64,000 nt of DNA from Patescibacteria group bacterium (GTDB taxonomy: Bacteria; Patescibacteriota; Patescibacteriia; JACQRZ01): positions 15,080-79,079 of the forward strand of contig JBBTRI010000004.1 of the NCBI GenBank assembly GCA_038065255.1. The letters run 5' to 3'. Below are positions 38,215 through 48,331 of the stretch, piece by piece. The stretch's first letter is position 1. Every line of letters begins with the position of its first letter. The notes beneath the pieces are model-generated. The model was not told the DNA's origin. It saw only the letters and a list, made by a program, of their open reading frames with translations, and ran no database searches. The position numbers and the translations under genes are program-made.

Positions 38215-39801
38215 ACGGTACATCGGCCGTTTTTTTATTGATCTGCGCTTACGCTGAAAGGTAATGGCAAAGCGGTGCGCTTCGTCGCGCAAGCGCATGA
38301 GAAGCTGTAATGCCGCACTGCGGTTCGAAATACGCAGGGGTTTTGGCGCCCATGCGACATACACTTCCTCAAGTTTTTTTGCGAGTCCTATGGTTGGCAA
38401 TTCCAATTCGGCTTCCCGAAGTGCTTTTTTGGCGCTATTCAACTGCCCCCTTCCTCCGTCAATGACAAGAAGGTCGGGTTGCTGTTCCTTCCCTTCCTTA
38501 ATGCGTTTTGCAAAACGGGAAATCACCTCATGGATCATGGCAAAATCATTCATGCCTTCAACATTTTTTATTATAAATTTACGGTACCCTGATTTCACCG
38601 AATTGCCATTGACAAACTGCACGAGCGAACCAACGCTTTGGACACCTGATAACGTGGATATGTCAACACAATCAATGGTCATTGGCAAACGTTCGAGGCG
38701 CAACAATCTCTGCAATTCAACCAATTGGTCGCCATGCTCAGTGAGTTTCAGGGTAAGATTCTTTTTCACCATGTCCAGAAGCTTTTTCTTTATTCCTCTC
38801 TGCGGAACAATGCATTTGACTCCATGTCCGGTACGTACACTCAAATACTTTTCTAATTCCTTTCTGTTAACTGGTTCGCCCGGAATCACGATCTCATGCG
38901 GTATGGAACTTCCGATATAATACTGTTCAAGAAATGATTGGAAAATTTCACGTTCGGAAAGCGGATACTCGCCCAGTGAAAAACGAAATTCTTTTTTGCC
39001 CGATATTACACCTTTCTGAAAATGGAATACTTGTATCAACAACACATCGCCCGAAACAATATAATTGCATACATCTTGATTCAACTGTGATGGCCGGGCA
39101 ACTTTTTGCTGTTCAATACTTCGCAATGCCGCAATTTGATCACGATAGATTTTTGCTTTTTCAAAAAGCTGCTTATCTGCGGCATCTTCCATGCGACGCT
39201 GGAGTTGTGCGACAAGCTGCTTGAAGTCGCCACGCAAAAACGTTCGTGCACTTTCAATGCTCTGCCTGTATTCTTCGGGTTGTATCGCGCGTATGCATGC
39301 GCCGCTGCATATTCCCAAATGATAGCGAAAGCATGGTTTTCCCGTGTTTGGCTTTTTGCACAATAGAAATAACGAATATATAAGTCGCAGAGCTTCATTG
39401 CGCGCTGACGCAGAAACATAGGGACCAAAAAAATTCCCATCACGCGTCACTTTGCGCGCAATGACAAATCTTGGATACGATTCATGTGTTTCTTTGATAT
39501 ACGCATACCGCGTTCCCCCGCTTTGCAAATCGATGTTATATCGCGGATGATATTTCTGAATCAGCTGCGCTTCGAGTAAAAAACTTTCTGTTTCCGTATC
39601 CGTTGCTATAAAATCAATATCAGAAATTGCAGCTACAAGCGAAGTTGTTTTTTCATCACGCGCATGCATGTAGGAAGCAACTCGTTTTCTCAAGTCTTTT
39701 GCTTTGCCAACATAGATAATATGGCCTCCAGCATCTATCATGAGATAGCACCCGGGAGAATGGGGAATATGTTTACTTCTTATTAACAATACAAGTGACA
39801 T
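38209..39801 (-). CDS. uvrC: excinuclease ABC subunit C
   Basis: N-terminal GIY-YIG domain (PGCYLMIDAGGHIIYVGKAKDLRKRVASY...YNI) and a UvrBC-interaction region. Its start lies 3 bp after the uvrA stop. Confidence 0.85.
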   Translation of the reverse strand: MSLVLLIRSKHIPHSPGCYLMIDAGGHIIYVGKAKDLRKRVASYMHARDEKTTSLVAAISDIDFIATDTETESFLLEAQLIQKYHPRYNIDLQSGGTRYAYIKETHESYPRFVIARKVTRDGNFFGPYVSASARNEALRLIYSLFLLCKKPNTGKPCFRYHLGICSGACIRAIQPEEYRQSIESARTFLRGDFKQLVAQLQRRMEDAADKQLFEKAKIYRDQIAALRSIEQQKVARPSQLNQDVCNYIVSGDVLLIQVFHFQKGVISGKKEFRFSLGEYPLSEREIFQSFLEQYYIGSSIPHEIVIPGEPVNRKELEKYLSVRTGHGVKCIVPQRGIKKKLLDMVKKNLTLKLTEHGDQLVELQRLLRLERLPMTIDCVDISTLSGVQSVGSLVQFVNGNSVKSGYRKFIIKNVEGMNDFAMIHEVISRFAKRIKEGKEQQPDLLVIDGGRGQLNSAKKALREAELELPTIGLAKKLEEVYVAWAPKPLRISNRSAALQLLMRLRDEAHRFAITFQRKRRSIKKRPMYRS

Positions 39802-39804
39802 GGA

Positions 39805-42594
39805 TTATTTTTTTAACGCGTGTTTCAAATACGTCCCAGTCCAGCTTTTTTCGACTCGCGCAATTTCTTCAGGTTTTCCTTTTGCAACAATTTCCCCTCC
39901 GCCCTTCCCGCCTTCGGGGCCTAAATCAATGATATAATCCGCCGTTTTGATAACATCGAGATTGTGTTCGATGACAATAACGGTATTCCCCTTCTCAACC
40001 AAGCGATTGAGTACATCAAGAAGCTTGCGAATATCTTCAAAGTGCAAACCTGTCGTTGGCTCGTCAAGAACATAAACGGTACGCCCCGTGTCACGACGAG
40101 AAAGTTCTGTTGCCAACTTGATGCGCTGTGCTTCGCCTCCTGACAGCGTTGTGGCGTTTTGTCCAAGCTGGATATAGCTCAAGCCGACATCATAGAGTGT
40201 TTGAAGTTTATTATGAATGCGGGGTATCGGCTTAAAAAATACCAATGCTTCTTCCACGCTCATTGCAAGAACATCGGCAATCGTTTTTTCTTTATACGTA
40301 ACGGAGAGCGTTTCATCGTCGTACCGCTTGCCATTGCACACATCGCAAGTAACATACACATCAGGTAAAAAATGCATCTCTATTTTTATAACGCCATCGC
40401 CTTCGCAATTGCCACACCGCCCTTCTGCAACATTAAAACTAAACCGTCCCGGCTGGTAGCCGCGCATTTTTGATTCTTTTGTCTCGGTAAACAAATCACG
40501 GATATACGTAAAAACACCTGTGTACGTAGCGGGATTTGATCGTGGTGTGCGGCCGATAGGATCCTGATCTATGATAATTGCTTTATCTATTTGATTAAGG
40601 CCTTCAATACGGTTGCATGGCGCGATTGCTTCGGGCGAGAAACCAAAATGTTTTGAAATGCCATTATAGAGCGTATCGTTTACCAGGGTACTCTTTCCAC
40701 TCCCCGACACTCCCGTTACACATGCAAAAACAGAAAGTGGAAAAGCCGCATCAATGGTTTTAAGATTATTACCGCTTGCACCTTTAACCGTAATATATCC
40801 GCGTGGAATGCGCCGACTAGTAGGCAAAGGTATACTGCTTTTCCCTGATAAGTAGCTGCCGGTAAGCGATTTTTTTGATCGTATGATTTCTTTTATACTC
40901 CCTTGCCCAACAATACTGCCGCCGTGCATACCAGCTCCCGGTCCAATATCTATGATGTGGTCGCTAGCTCGCATGGTTTCTTCGTCGTGTTCCACAACTA
41001 TTACCGTGTTCCCAATATCCCGCAATCCCTTGAGTGTAGCAATAAGTTTTGCATTATCACGCTGATGTAAGCCAATTGACGGCTCATCAAGAATATAAAG
41101 AACACCTCGCAATTCAGAACCGATTTGTGTAGCAAGATGAATACGCTGCGCCTCTCCACCGGAAAGCGTGCCTGCCATACGGCCAAGTGTAAGATATTCC
41201 AGTCCGACATTCAGAAGGAAGGTCAAACGATTTTGAATTTCTTTAAGCACCTGATGCGCTATTTTTTTCTGTGCCTCCGTTAATTCAAGTGAGAAAAGAA
41301 AATCGCTGCATTCTTTGATCGGCAAATCCGTAACATCAATAATCGACTTTGCATCAATCTTTACCGAAAGGCTTTCACTTCGCAAACGCTTGCCCTTACA
41401 TGAAGGACATTCAGTGTGTTTCAGGTAGCGCCCTATTCCTTCACGGCGTTCATCGGAGTCTGTTTTTGCATACATCCGCTTAAGTTGGGGTATGACACCT
41501 TCATACCCGCTTTCGTCATCCCCCCATAGAATCACGCGAATAGCATCTCTTGGGATGGACTTTATCGGCATGGTGATATCAATATGGTAATGCTTTGAGA
41601 TTGCGCGCAGAGTCGAGCGCGGCACCCAGAGCGTTGACGATTTCCATGGGGCTACACCTCCATCAAGAATCGATTTTGAAGTATCCGGTATGATCAGTTC
41701 TTCATCAAATTCTTGAATGGCACCGAGCCCATGGCATTCCTGGCATGCTCCTTGGGGGGCATTAAATGAAAACATGCGTGGACTCATTTCGGGAAAATTA
41801 ATACCGCAATCAACGCATGCCTTATGTTTGCTCAGCATCCGTTCTTCGATTTTTTTCTCTCCTTCTTTTTTTGTGATAAGAAGCAAGACAAATCCTCCAC
41901 CTTCTTTGAGCCCTGCTTCAAGCGCCTCGGCAATGCGTTGTTGCTCATCTTTATGGATATCAATGCGGTCTATGACTACCTCAATCGTATGTTGTGCGTA
42001 ACGTCTCAGTAAAATGGACTCTGTGTGAAGATTGTATACCACACCATCAACACGTACGCGTGTATAGCCTTGTTTTTTTAACTGTTCAAACAAATAATCA
42101 TAACTTCCCTTTTTACCGCGAATGATCGGTGCACAAATTTGTATACGCGTCCCTGCATATTCTTTAATAATATGTTTCACCATCGACTGCACATCCTGCG
42201 GGCGGATAACCTTGGCGCAATTTGGGCAGAAAGGCGTTCCAACATGCGCAAAGAGCAAGCGAAGGTAGTCATAGATTTCCGTGACGGTGCCGACTGTTGA
42301 TCGCGGATTATTTGAAAGTTTTTTCTGTTGGATTGCAATTGCAGGACTCAATCCCCTGATACTATCGACATCGGGTTTACCCATCACACCCAAAAACTGC
42401 CGCGCATAGGCAGAGAGGCTCTCAACATACCGCCGCTGCCCTTCCGCATAAAGCGTATCAAAAGCAAGGCTGCTCTTGCCGCTGCCGGAAAGTCCCGTGA
42501 TAACCGTTAGGGATTGGAGTGGGATATCAAGATTAATGTTTTTGAGATTGTGCTGGCGAGCACCGCGAATTTCAATTTGTTCCGATTTTTGCAT
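39805..42594 (-). CDS. uvrA: excinuclease ABC subunit A
   Basis: Two ABC ATPase modules ([23 protein letters not shown]; [13 protein letters not shown]), zinc-finger Cys pairs, and 929 aa. Confidence 0.95.
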   Translation of the reverse strand: MQKSEQIEIRGARQHNLKNINLDIPLQSLTVITGLSGSGKSSLAFDTLYAEGQRRYVESLSAYARQFLGVMGKPDVDSIRGLSPAIAIQQKKLSNNPRSTVGTVTEIYDYLRLLFAHVGTPFCPNCAKVIRPQDVQSMVKHIIKEYAGTRIQICAPIIRGKKGSYDYLFEQLKKQGYTRVRVDGVVYNLHTESILLRRYAQHTIEVVIDRIDIHKDEQQRIAEALEAGLKEGGGFVLLLITKKEGEKKIEERMLSKHKACVDCGINFPEMSPRMFSFNAPQGACQECHGLGAIQEFDEELIIPDTSKSILDGGVAPWKSSTLWVPRSTLRAISKHYHIDITMPIKSIPRDAIRVILWGDDESGYEGVIPQLKRMYAKTDSDERREGIGRYLKHTECPSCKGKRLRSESLSVKIDAKSIIDVTDLPIKECSDFLFSLELTEAQKKIAHQVLKEIQNRLTFLLNVGLEYLTLGRMAGTLSGGEAQRIHLATQIGSELRGVLYILDEPSIGLHQRDNAKLIATLKGLRDIGNTVIVVEHDEETMRASDHIIDIGPGAGMHGGSIVGQGSIKEIIRSKKSLTGSYLSGKSSIPLPTSRRIPRGYITVKGASGNNLKTIDAAFPLSVFACVTGVSGSGKSTLVNDTLYNGISKHFGFSPEAIAPCNRIEGLNQIDKAIIIDQDPIGRTPRSNPATYTGVFTYIRDLFTETKESKMRGYQPGRFSFNVAEGRCGNCEGDGVIKIEMHFLPDVYVTCDVCNGKRYDDETLSVTYKEKTIADVLAMSVEEALVFFKPIPRIHNKLQTLYDVGLSYIQLGQNATTLSGGEAQRIKLATELSRRDTGRTVYVLDEPTTGLHFEDIRKLLDVLNRLVEKGNTVIVIEHNLDVIKTADYIIDLGPEGGKGGGEIVAKGKPEEIARVEKSWTGTYLKHALKK

Positions 42595-42701
42595 AGGTAT
42601 TCTTTATTCACTCATTGCTTGTTTCCAGAGATAACGAGATACAAGCGTGGAAGTATAGTACCAGCATTTTAGGAAATAAAAAAGACCCTCATGGGGCCTT
42701 A

Positions 42702-44033
42702 TCACATAGCATCACTTTTTTTCAATCGTACTAGCGTCTTAAGAGTATTTTCCCATCCGGTTTCCCAATATCTACTCATGAAGTAGAGCATAGTATCTTT
42801 TTTTGAAAATGCAACTTGCGGAGCAAGAGCATTATCTACGCTCAAACTCCGAAATGGACCCGTCTTAAATGAAAACGTTTTTGTTGTCCATACTCGTTCT
42901 TTGGGTTTGGGAGCAAAAGCATAATAATGGATCCGTAGGATATAGTCAGGCTGCTCACTTTCAAGAAACAAGAGTCCGTCAGGAGAATATGTTAATGCAT
43001 TTTGGGCAGTAATCAATCCGCGAGGTGTCGGTGAAGAAACCCAGCTGCTTGGATGAACCCTAACTGGAGGGTATGGTATACCCGGTGTGCTACCTGATAT
43101 ACCAACAGTTCCATTTACATCTTCGGGCATGTCCTTCATCTGATAGACCCAAAATATACTTCTAGCTGAATCCAATCCTGATACAAGACCACTTCTATAT
43201 GTTTGGTAATCAAACCATGAGGGATCAATACTTGTCTGGTACAGCTTATTCAACCCCCACCATAAGTATTCAGACCAAGAGACGGGCAGGCTGGCATTCA
43301 AATCTTTGATGAAGTGCCAATAATCATTTTCCGCATCATACTCAAAGTATCCGGGAATTTCCCGACATCGGAGGTTTTGAGTGTCAAAGCATTTCAAGTT
43401 GTTCTGATTGTAGTAGTATTCATTTTTGTAATTCCTCCATGCTGCGATCATATTTCCGCTCTGCTGCTCTACACTCACCTGAACTGGGTACACAGCACCA
43501 TACATACCGTCATACGGTTTAATACCCGGCGGTCCCCTTCTCTCGCTAAAAGCGGGTACGCGATATTCTTCAAATCTTGGATCATCCGGTGATTTGACGA
43601 ATGTTGCAAGGGGAGTTGCGGCAGGAGTCGGAGTCCGAGTGGGCAGTGCTGATGGAGTTGGCGATGGAGACGCTGTGAGTATGGGGGTTGGAGTAGGTGG
43701 GGGTGTAACTATTGGCGAGGATGAAGACGTAGAGAGTGGTTGTGATATTGGCATGGGTGTAGCTATGGAAACTTCTGGTGGCAAATCAGCGGATGCTGTT
43801 GATTCAAATGGTGCGGAACTCGAAGCAGCGAATGGAGTAAAAAAAGTCTGCTGTTGGTCTGGTTGAGATACCGGGAATAGCTCTGGACGAGAAGTCTGGA
43901 TTGGCGATGCAATTGGTACAGAAGGGATTGATTCACGAATACTGCAAGATGCGGAAAGTGCAAGTGATGTTATCAATGAACAATACCTGAATCGTTGAAC
44001 ACTATTCATGGTTTCATATGAAGTATATACCAA
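42702..44033 (-). CDS. secreted or lipoprotein-like protein with a Pro/Thr/Ser-rich linker
   Basis: A signal-like N-terminus, a low-complexity linker (SSSSPIVTPPPTPTPILTASPSPTPSALPTRTPTPAATP), and a C-terminal globular domain rich in W/Y. Confidence 0.45.
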   Translation of the reverse strand: MVYTSYETMNSVQRFRYCSLITSLALSASCSIRESIPSVPIASPIQTSRPELFPVSQPDQQQTFFTPFAASSSAPFESTASADLPPEVSIATPMPISQPLSTSSSSPIVTPPPTPTPILTASPSPTPSALPTRTPTPAATPLATFVKSPDDPRFEEYRVPAFSERRGPPGIKPYDGMYGAVYPVQVSVEQQSGNMIAAWRNYKNEYYYNQNNLKCFDTQNLRCREIPGYFEYDAENDYWHFIKDLNASLPVSWSEYLWWGLNKLYQTSIDPSWFDYQTYRSGLVSGLDSARSIFWVYQMKDMPEDVNGTVGISGSTPGIPYPPVRVHPSSWVSSPTPRGLITAQNALTYSPDGLLFLESEQPDYILRIHYYAFAPKPKERVWTTKTFSFKTGPFRSLSVDNALAPQVAFSKKDTMLYFMSRYWETGWENTLKTLVRLKKSDAM

Positions 44034-44071
44034 ATACTACATTCGGAAAACGTAATAAACCCTAACAATAC

Positions 44072-46000
44072 TTACGCCTTACTCCTCTTTGCTATTTCAT
44101 CTCGAAGCTCGATAGCTTTTTCAAAGTCAAGCTGCTCAACGCTTTGTTGCATCTCCTGCTGAAGAATAGCAAGGGATTTGAGTGCGTGGACGTCTTTCTT
44201 TTTGAAATCCTGTCCGGGAGCAATATCTCCTTCAATCGCACGTTTAATACTGCGAGGAGTAATGCTGTGTTTTTTATTATATTTTTCTTGCAGAGTACGG
44301 CGACGATCCGTTTCTGCACATGCCTGCTTGATTGAATTCGTCAGCACATCGGCATAGAGTATGACGTACGAGTCCACATTGCGTGCTGCCCTGCCAATCG
44401 TCTGAATAAGGCTTGTGGTATTCCGCAAAAAACCCTCCTTATCTGCATCGAGAATTGCTACCAACCCAACTTCAGGGATATCCAATCCTTCTCGCAACAG
44501 ATTGATGCCAACCAATACATCAAAAACACCTTGACGCAATTGTTTAATAAGCGCTGTGCGATCGAGTGTATCCACCTCGCTATGCATATAGCGCGCTTTA
44601 ATGTCATGCTCCACAAGATATTCAGTGAGCTCTTCGGCTGAGCGCTTGGTGAGTGTTGTCACAAGTATGCGATGCCCCATCTTCGTCACTTTTGTGATCT
44701 CACCCATAACATCCTGGATTGAACCCTTCATGGGACGAATTTCAACAGGGGGGTCTACAAGCCCCGTAGGGCGCACAATAAGCTCAACTGTCTGTCCTGC
44801 ATGAATCGCCTCATATTCCGCCGGAGTTGCACTCACAAATATTCCGTGTTCAAGGTACTTCTCGAATTCCTGAAATTTCAATGGACGATTATCCAGAGCG
44901 CTCGGCAGGCGAAATCCGTAATCTACAAGATTTTTCTTTCGAGAATAATCACCCCCATACATGCCGCGTATTTGAGGAATTGTCACATGACTTTCATCAA
45001 TCATAATTAAAAATTCTTTTGAAAAAGGGCTGTGTTTAAAAAAATCCAACAAGCACGACGGCGGCTCACCTGATGCCCTCCCATCAAAATGGCGGGAATA
45101 ATTCTCAATACCTTTACAATAGCCAAGCTGCTCCATCATCTCAAGATCATAGTTGGTGCGTTGTTCAAGCCGGTGCGCTTCTAACATGCCGAGTTTGGGA
45201 AGCTGTTCTACGAGTTCTTGGTGAATTGATTGAATAGCACGCTTGCGCTTCTCTTCCGGTGCAATAAACGGCTTGGCGGGAAACAAAAGCGCATGAGAAA
45301 GAGATTCAAGTAGAGTACCGTGAAGTGCATGCACCAAAGAAATTGATTCAATGACATCACCATCAAGGGTGAAGCGAAAAAGATCGCCACCTGCTCCTTG
45401 CATAACATCAACGGTATCTCCCCGCACACGAAATCGTCCAGGAACAAGCTCAAGATCGTTCCGTTCATAAAGCAAATCCACCAGGCGTTGCATGAATGCA
45501 CGCCGTGATATACTCTCTCCCGTAGTGACATCATAGGTACTCTGATGAAAATCAATTGGATCGCCAAATCCATAGATACATGAAACAGAGGCGACAACAA
45601 TGACGTCCTTGCGGGACATAAGCGCAACAGCTGCCTCCATACGCAATCGTTCGATCGTTTCATTAATCTGCGTTTCTTTTTCAATATACGTATCCGTTTG
45701 CGGCATATAACTCTCCGGCTGATAGTAGTCATAGTACGACACAAAGTAACACACGCTGTTTTGGGGGAAAAATGCCTTGAATTCAGTATACAATTGCGCA
45801 GCAAGTGTTTTGTTGTGGGCTATCACGAGCGTAGGAATCTGTAAACGTTCAATGACATTTGCAATTGCGAATGTTTTACCCGAACCCGTGACACCAAGAA
45901 GCGTTTGAGTGGGATACGATGAAAAACCATCCGAGAGTTGCTGGATGGCTTTGGGCTGATCGCCCGAAGGCTTGAAATCTGATACAAGACTGAATTTCAT
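44072..46000 (-). CDS. uvrB: excinuclease ABC subunit B
   Basis: LLGVTGSGKTFAIANVIE Walker A, helicase motifs, a beta-hairpin region, and a C-terminal UVR domain (LQQEMQQSVEQLDFEKAIELRDEI). Confidence 0.95.
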   Translation of the reverse strand: MKFSLVSDFKPSGDQPKAIQQLSDGFSSYPTQTLLGVTGSGKTFAIANVIERLQIPTLVIAHNKTLAAQLYTEFKAFFPQNSVCYFVSYYDYYQPESYMPQTDTYIEKETQINETIERLRMEAAVALMSRKDVIVVASVSCIYGFGDPIDFHQSTYDVTTGESISRRAFMQRLVDLLYERNDLELVPGRFRVRGDTVDVMQGAGGDLFRFTLDGDVIESISLVHALHGTLLESLSHALLFPAKPFIAPEEKRKRAIQSIHQELVEQLPKLGMLEAHRLEQRTNYDLEMMEQLGYCKGIENYSRHFDGRASGEPPSCLLDFFKHSPFSKEFLIMIDESHVTIPQIRGMYGGDYSRKKNLVDYGFRLPSALDNRPLKFQEFEKYLEHGIFVSATPAEYEAIHAGQTVELIVRPTGLVDPPVEIRPMKGSIQDVMGEITKVTKMGHRILVTTLTKRSAEELTEYLVEHDIKARYMHSEVDTLDRTALIKQLRQGVFDVLVGINLLREGLDIPEVGLVAILDADKEGFLRNTTSLIQTIGRAARNVDSYVILYADVLTNSIKQACAETDRRRTLQEKYNKKHSITPRSIKRAIEGDIAPGQDFKKKDVHALKSLAILQQEMQQSVEQLDFEKAIELRDEIAKRSKA

Positions 46001-46010
46001 CTGGGAACGG

Positions 46011-46229
46011 TTATTTCTTTCTGTTCTTTTTAACGCGAATGCGTATTTCCGGCAAGAGCGAGGGAGGCATACCCTCGTAATTCTTATTCACCTGAGCGCG
46101 TTTAGCCTGTGCAGCCCATGATCCCCCCGTTGGGCCCTGCTGCTCCTTTTTCCGCATTTTTTCGCGCTTTTCACCTTTTGTATCTGGATTAAATTCATCC
46201 GGTCGTTTCATATATAGGCAGTATATCAC
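46011..46229 (-). CDS. possible small basic protein
   Basis: A short Lys/Arg-rich ORF 11 bp upstream of uvrB, with no family recognised. It may be non-coding. Confidence 0.2.
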   Translation of the reverse strand: MIYCLYMKRPDEFNPDTKGEKREKMRKKEQQGPTGGSWAAQAKRAQVNKNYEGMPPSLLPEIRIRVKKNRKK

Positions 46230-46270
46230 TCTCCCTTGACAATTCCATCATGCCATGAAAAACTAGCATC

Positions 46271-47002
46271 ATGTCCCTTGAAGAAAGCTCTTCAGAATGG
46301 ATGCGAATCAAAAAGTTTCTTGCCCACACCGCACGAGAGACCGGGCAGCGTCTCGGATGGAGCGAAGTAGCATTGCACACAGAGAATCAAGACCTCAGAA
46401 TCCAATTCGCAAACCTTCCTGATAACGGCGTTGCGGATCATCAAAAAGGCACCTACTATTCGAAACTCTTCCATACTGATGGCTGGTATAGGAACGACGA
46501 ACAGGGAGCGCATCTTGTAAGCTATGGCAATGGAGCAAATTACCTACCTCATGGATACCCATCCATCGCCGGCGTCCTCTTCTTTGCGTTCGGAGATGCT
46601 CGGAGTATTATAGTCCCCGGCGCCAAAGTCAAGCGTACAGCGCGCAAGAAACGCCAAAATGAACCGACTGATATTTTGACGCAAAGCCGCTATCAACATG
46701 GAATCGTGCTCTACGGACTTGCAGATGGAGTTCTGACACTTTCCGATGAACATCCGTTTTATCCGGCAACACTTCTCTTTCTGCAAACGCATTTGAACAC
46801 GTATCGCCGCGTGATCGACCATGCGCTTCCCGGCGTTGTATTCCCTGAAGACCAGAAAGTTGCTCGTGTTCAAGAGTTTCAATATCACCAGGAGTTTGTG
46901 CCACTCCTCGCAGAGCATCTTGTTACCCAAGTTATTTGTTCCACCGAAGGAACACTAATACGACAGGAACCTGTCCTACGACTTGTCACCTCGACCCAAT
47001 AA
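46271..47002 (+). CDS. hypothetical protein
   Basis: A 243-aa ORF that ends inside a terminator hairpin. I recognised no family. Confidence 0.4.
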   Translation: MSLEESSSEWMRIKKFLAHTARETGQRLGWSEVALHTENQDLRIQFANLPDNGVADHQKGTYYSKLFHTDGWYRNDEQGAHLVSYGNGANYLPHGYPSIAGVLFFAFGDARSIIVPGAKVKRTARKKRQNEPTDILTQSRYQHGIVLYGLADGVLTLSDEHPFYPATLLFLQTHLNTYRRVIDHALPGVVFPEDQKVARVQEFQYHQEFVPLLAEHLVTQVICSTEGTLIRQEPVLRLVTSTQ

Positions 47003-47020
47003 AGATTGGGTCATTTTTTA
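46993..47020 (+). terminator. rho-independent terminator
   Basis: gacccaat-aaag-attgggtc followed by attttttat. The TAA stop sits in the loop. Confidence 0.5.
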
Positions 47021-47030
47021 TGCCGTACTC

Positions 47031-47059
47031 TTGACATTTCTGTCAAAAATGCATATACT
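47031..47059 (+). promoter_or_regulatory. sigma-70-type promoter with a near-leaderless start
   Basis: TTGACA, a 17-nt spacer, TATACT, then 7 nt, then the ATG at 47067. Confidence 0.45.
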
Positions 47060-47066
47060 GCCGCGT

Positions 47067-47525
47067 ATGGCACAACCAAGCCGTGTAACACCAATAGATC
47101 CTTCAAAACGAGAATTAAAAACAAACGATACGCCTCTAGTAGCACCTCGGGAATACCATAACCCACTTGAAGGCCTTTCTCATCCGGTTGTAGTCGGCAC
47201 TCTGCTTGCATCTGGAGAAGTCATGGCATTTTTGGGAATATTCTTTGGACTTCGCCTTACCCTTGCAGGGCTCTACGTGATCAGCATTATCCTCCTTGCA
47301 ACACGCATATGGAGTGAGTCGAAAAACACACATCAGCTACTTGATGGCGAATATGCATGGATTGTCCGTCTTCTGGTTGTTATAGTGGGCTTTACATTCG
47401 TAGAGATCGGGATGACTATGAGTTTATCGTGGCAGGGATATGCCACGCAAGTCTTCGGCTTTTCGATCCCATTAGCCTATACTACACTTCTACTCTATCT
47501 CAAAAAGAAAGCGGAAGTGAGCTAA
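47067..47525 (+). CDS. hypothetical membrane protein
   Basis: Internal ATG of track ORF 46983..47525, lying just downstream of the promoter. The protein has four TM segments. Confidence 0.4.
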   Translation: MAQPSRVTPIDPSKRELKTNDTPLVAPREYHNPLEGLSHPVVVGTLLASGEVMAFLGIFFGLRLTLAGLYVISIILLATRIWSESKNTHQLLDGEYAWIVRLLVVIVGFTFVEIGMTMSLSWQGYATQVFGFSIPLAYTTLLLYLKKKAEVS

Positions 47526-47530
47526 GCCCC

Positions 47531-48331
47531 TTACCGGGCTTCTTTTTTTGCAATCAAACAGATATTCTCGGCATTCCACCAGTGAGCTCGTTTCCCTTTC
47601 AGAGAATAATAGCAATCAAGCACAGTAAAACCGCTTTTTAAGCACAGTGCGACAAGCTCGTTGCAGCGAAAGCTATAATAGTACAATGGAGCCGATAGAA
47701 TGCCGGACTTCCATGTCGTCAATAAATCCCTCCACGAAAGATCCCTATAGTCGACACCAAATGCTCGTTGGTATGATCCAGGATCCAGAAGCGAGCGTTC
47801 AAGCGCATATTTCCAAACGCTTTTTTTCTGGAGAGTTGCCCTCCATAAATTCCATGCGGTAAGAAAAAGTGTTCCCTCACTTTTCAAAAAAAGATGCATC
47901 TGAGACAGAGCCTGCATGCGCAATTGCTCCGAGGGCGCATGATGGAGAACCGCAATGGAGAAAATAACATCAAAATGCCTACCTTCAAGTTCTTTTATTG
48001 TATTGAGTGTAAGCATGTCACCGCAATAAAATTCCTTAGTATGATCATTACTAAATCGCTTGCGTGCATCATGTATAAATGATTCATTCAAATCTATGCC
48101 TGTATACTGAATACTATGGGTAGTAAACAATTCTGCCGTTCTCCCATTCCCACACCCAACATCAAGCACACTCATACCATCCTTTACAATCGTGCGCAAT
48201 GGAGTACAATCATCCCACGAAAAGCGGCGCGTAGCACTAAATGGCTTGGCAATAGTGTGGTAACCTTCTTTGGTAAGCACATAGAGATTTTGCGCCGTCT
48301 TATCATTCATATGAATAGCGAACAACAACAA
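47531..48331 (-). CDS. class I SAM-dependent methyltransferase
   Basis: VLDVGCGNGRTAELF (motif I), a downstream acidic residue (DLNES), and motif II/III spacing. Confidence 0.75.
   Translation of the reverse strand: MLLFAIHMNDKTAQNLYVLTKEGYHTIAKPFSATRRFSWDDCTPLRTIVKDGMSVLDVGCGNGRTAELFTTHSIQYTGIDLNESFIHDARKRFSNDHTKEFYCGDMLTLNTIKELEGRHFDVIFSIAVLHHAPSEQLRMQALSQMHLFLKSEGTLFLTAWNLWRATLQKKSVWKYALERSLLDPGSYQRAFGVDYRDLSWRDLLTTWKSGILSAPLYYYSFRCNELVALCLKSGFTVLDCYYSLKGKRAHWWNAENICLIAKKEAR

Noticed and set aside
42660-42701. Possible terminator ccctcatgggg with a T-run downstream of the secreted-protein gene
   Set aside because: The stem is only 3-4 bp with a G-U pair, so it is below my threshold for a feature call.
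43594-43866. Gly/Val-rich plus-strand ORF at 43594..43866
   Set aside because: It is antisense to the Pro/Thr/Ser-rich linker of the secreted protein 42702..44033, so it is not independent coding.
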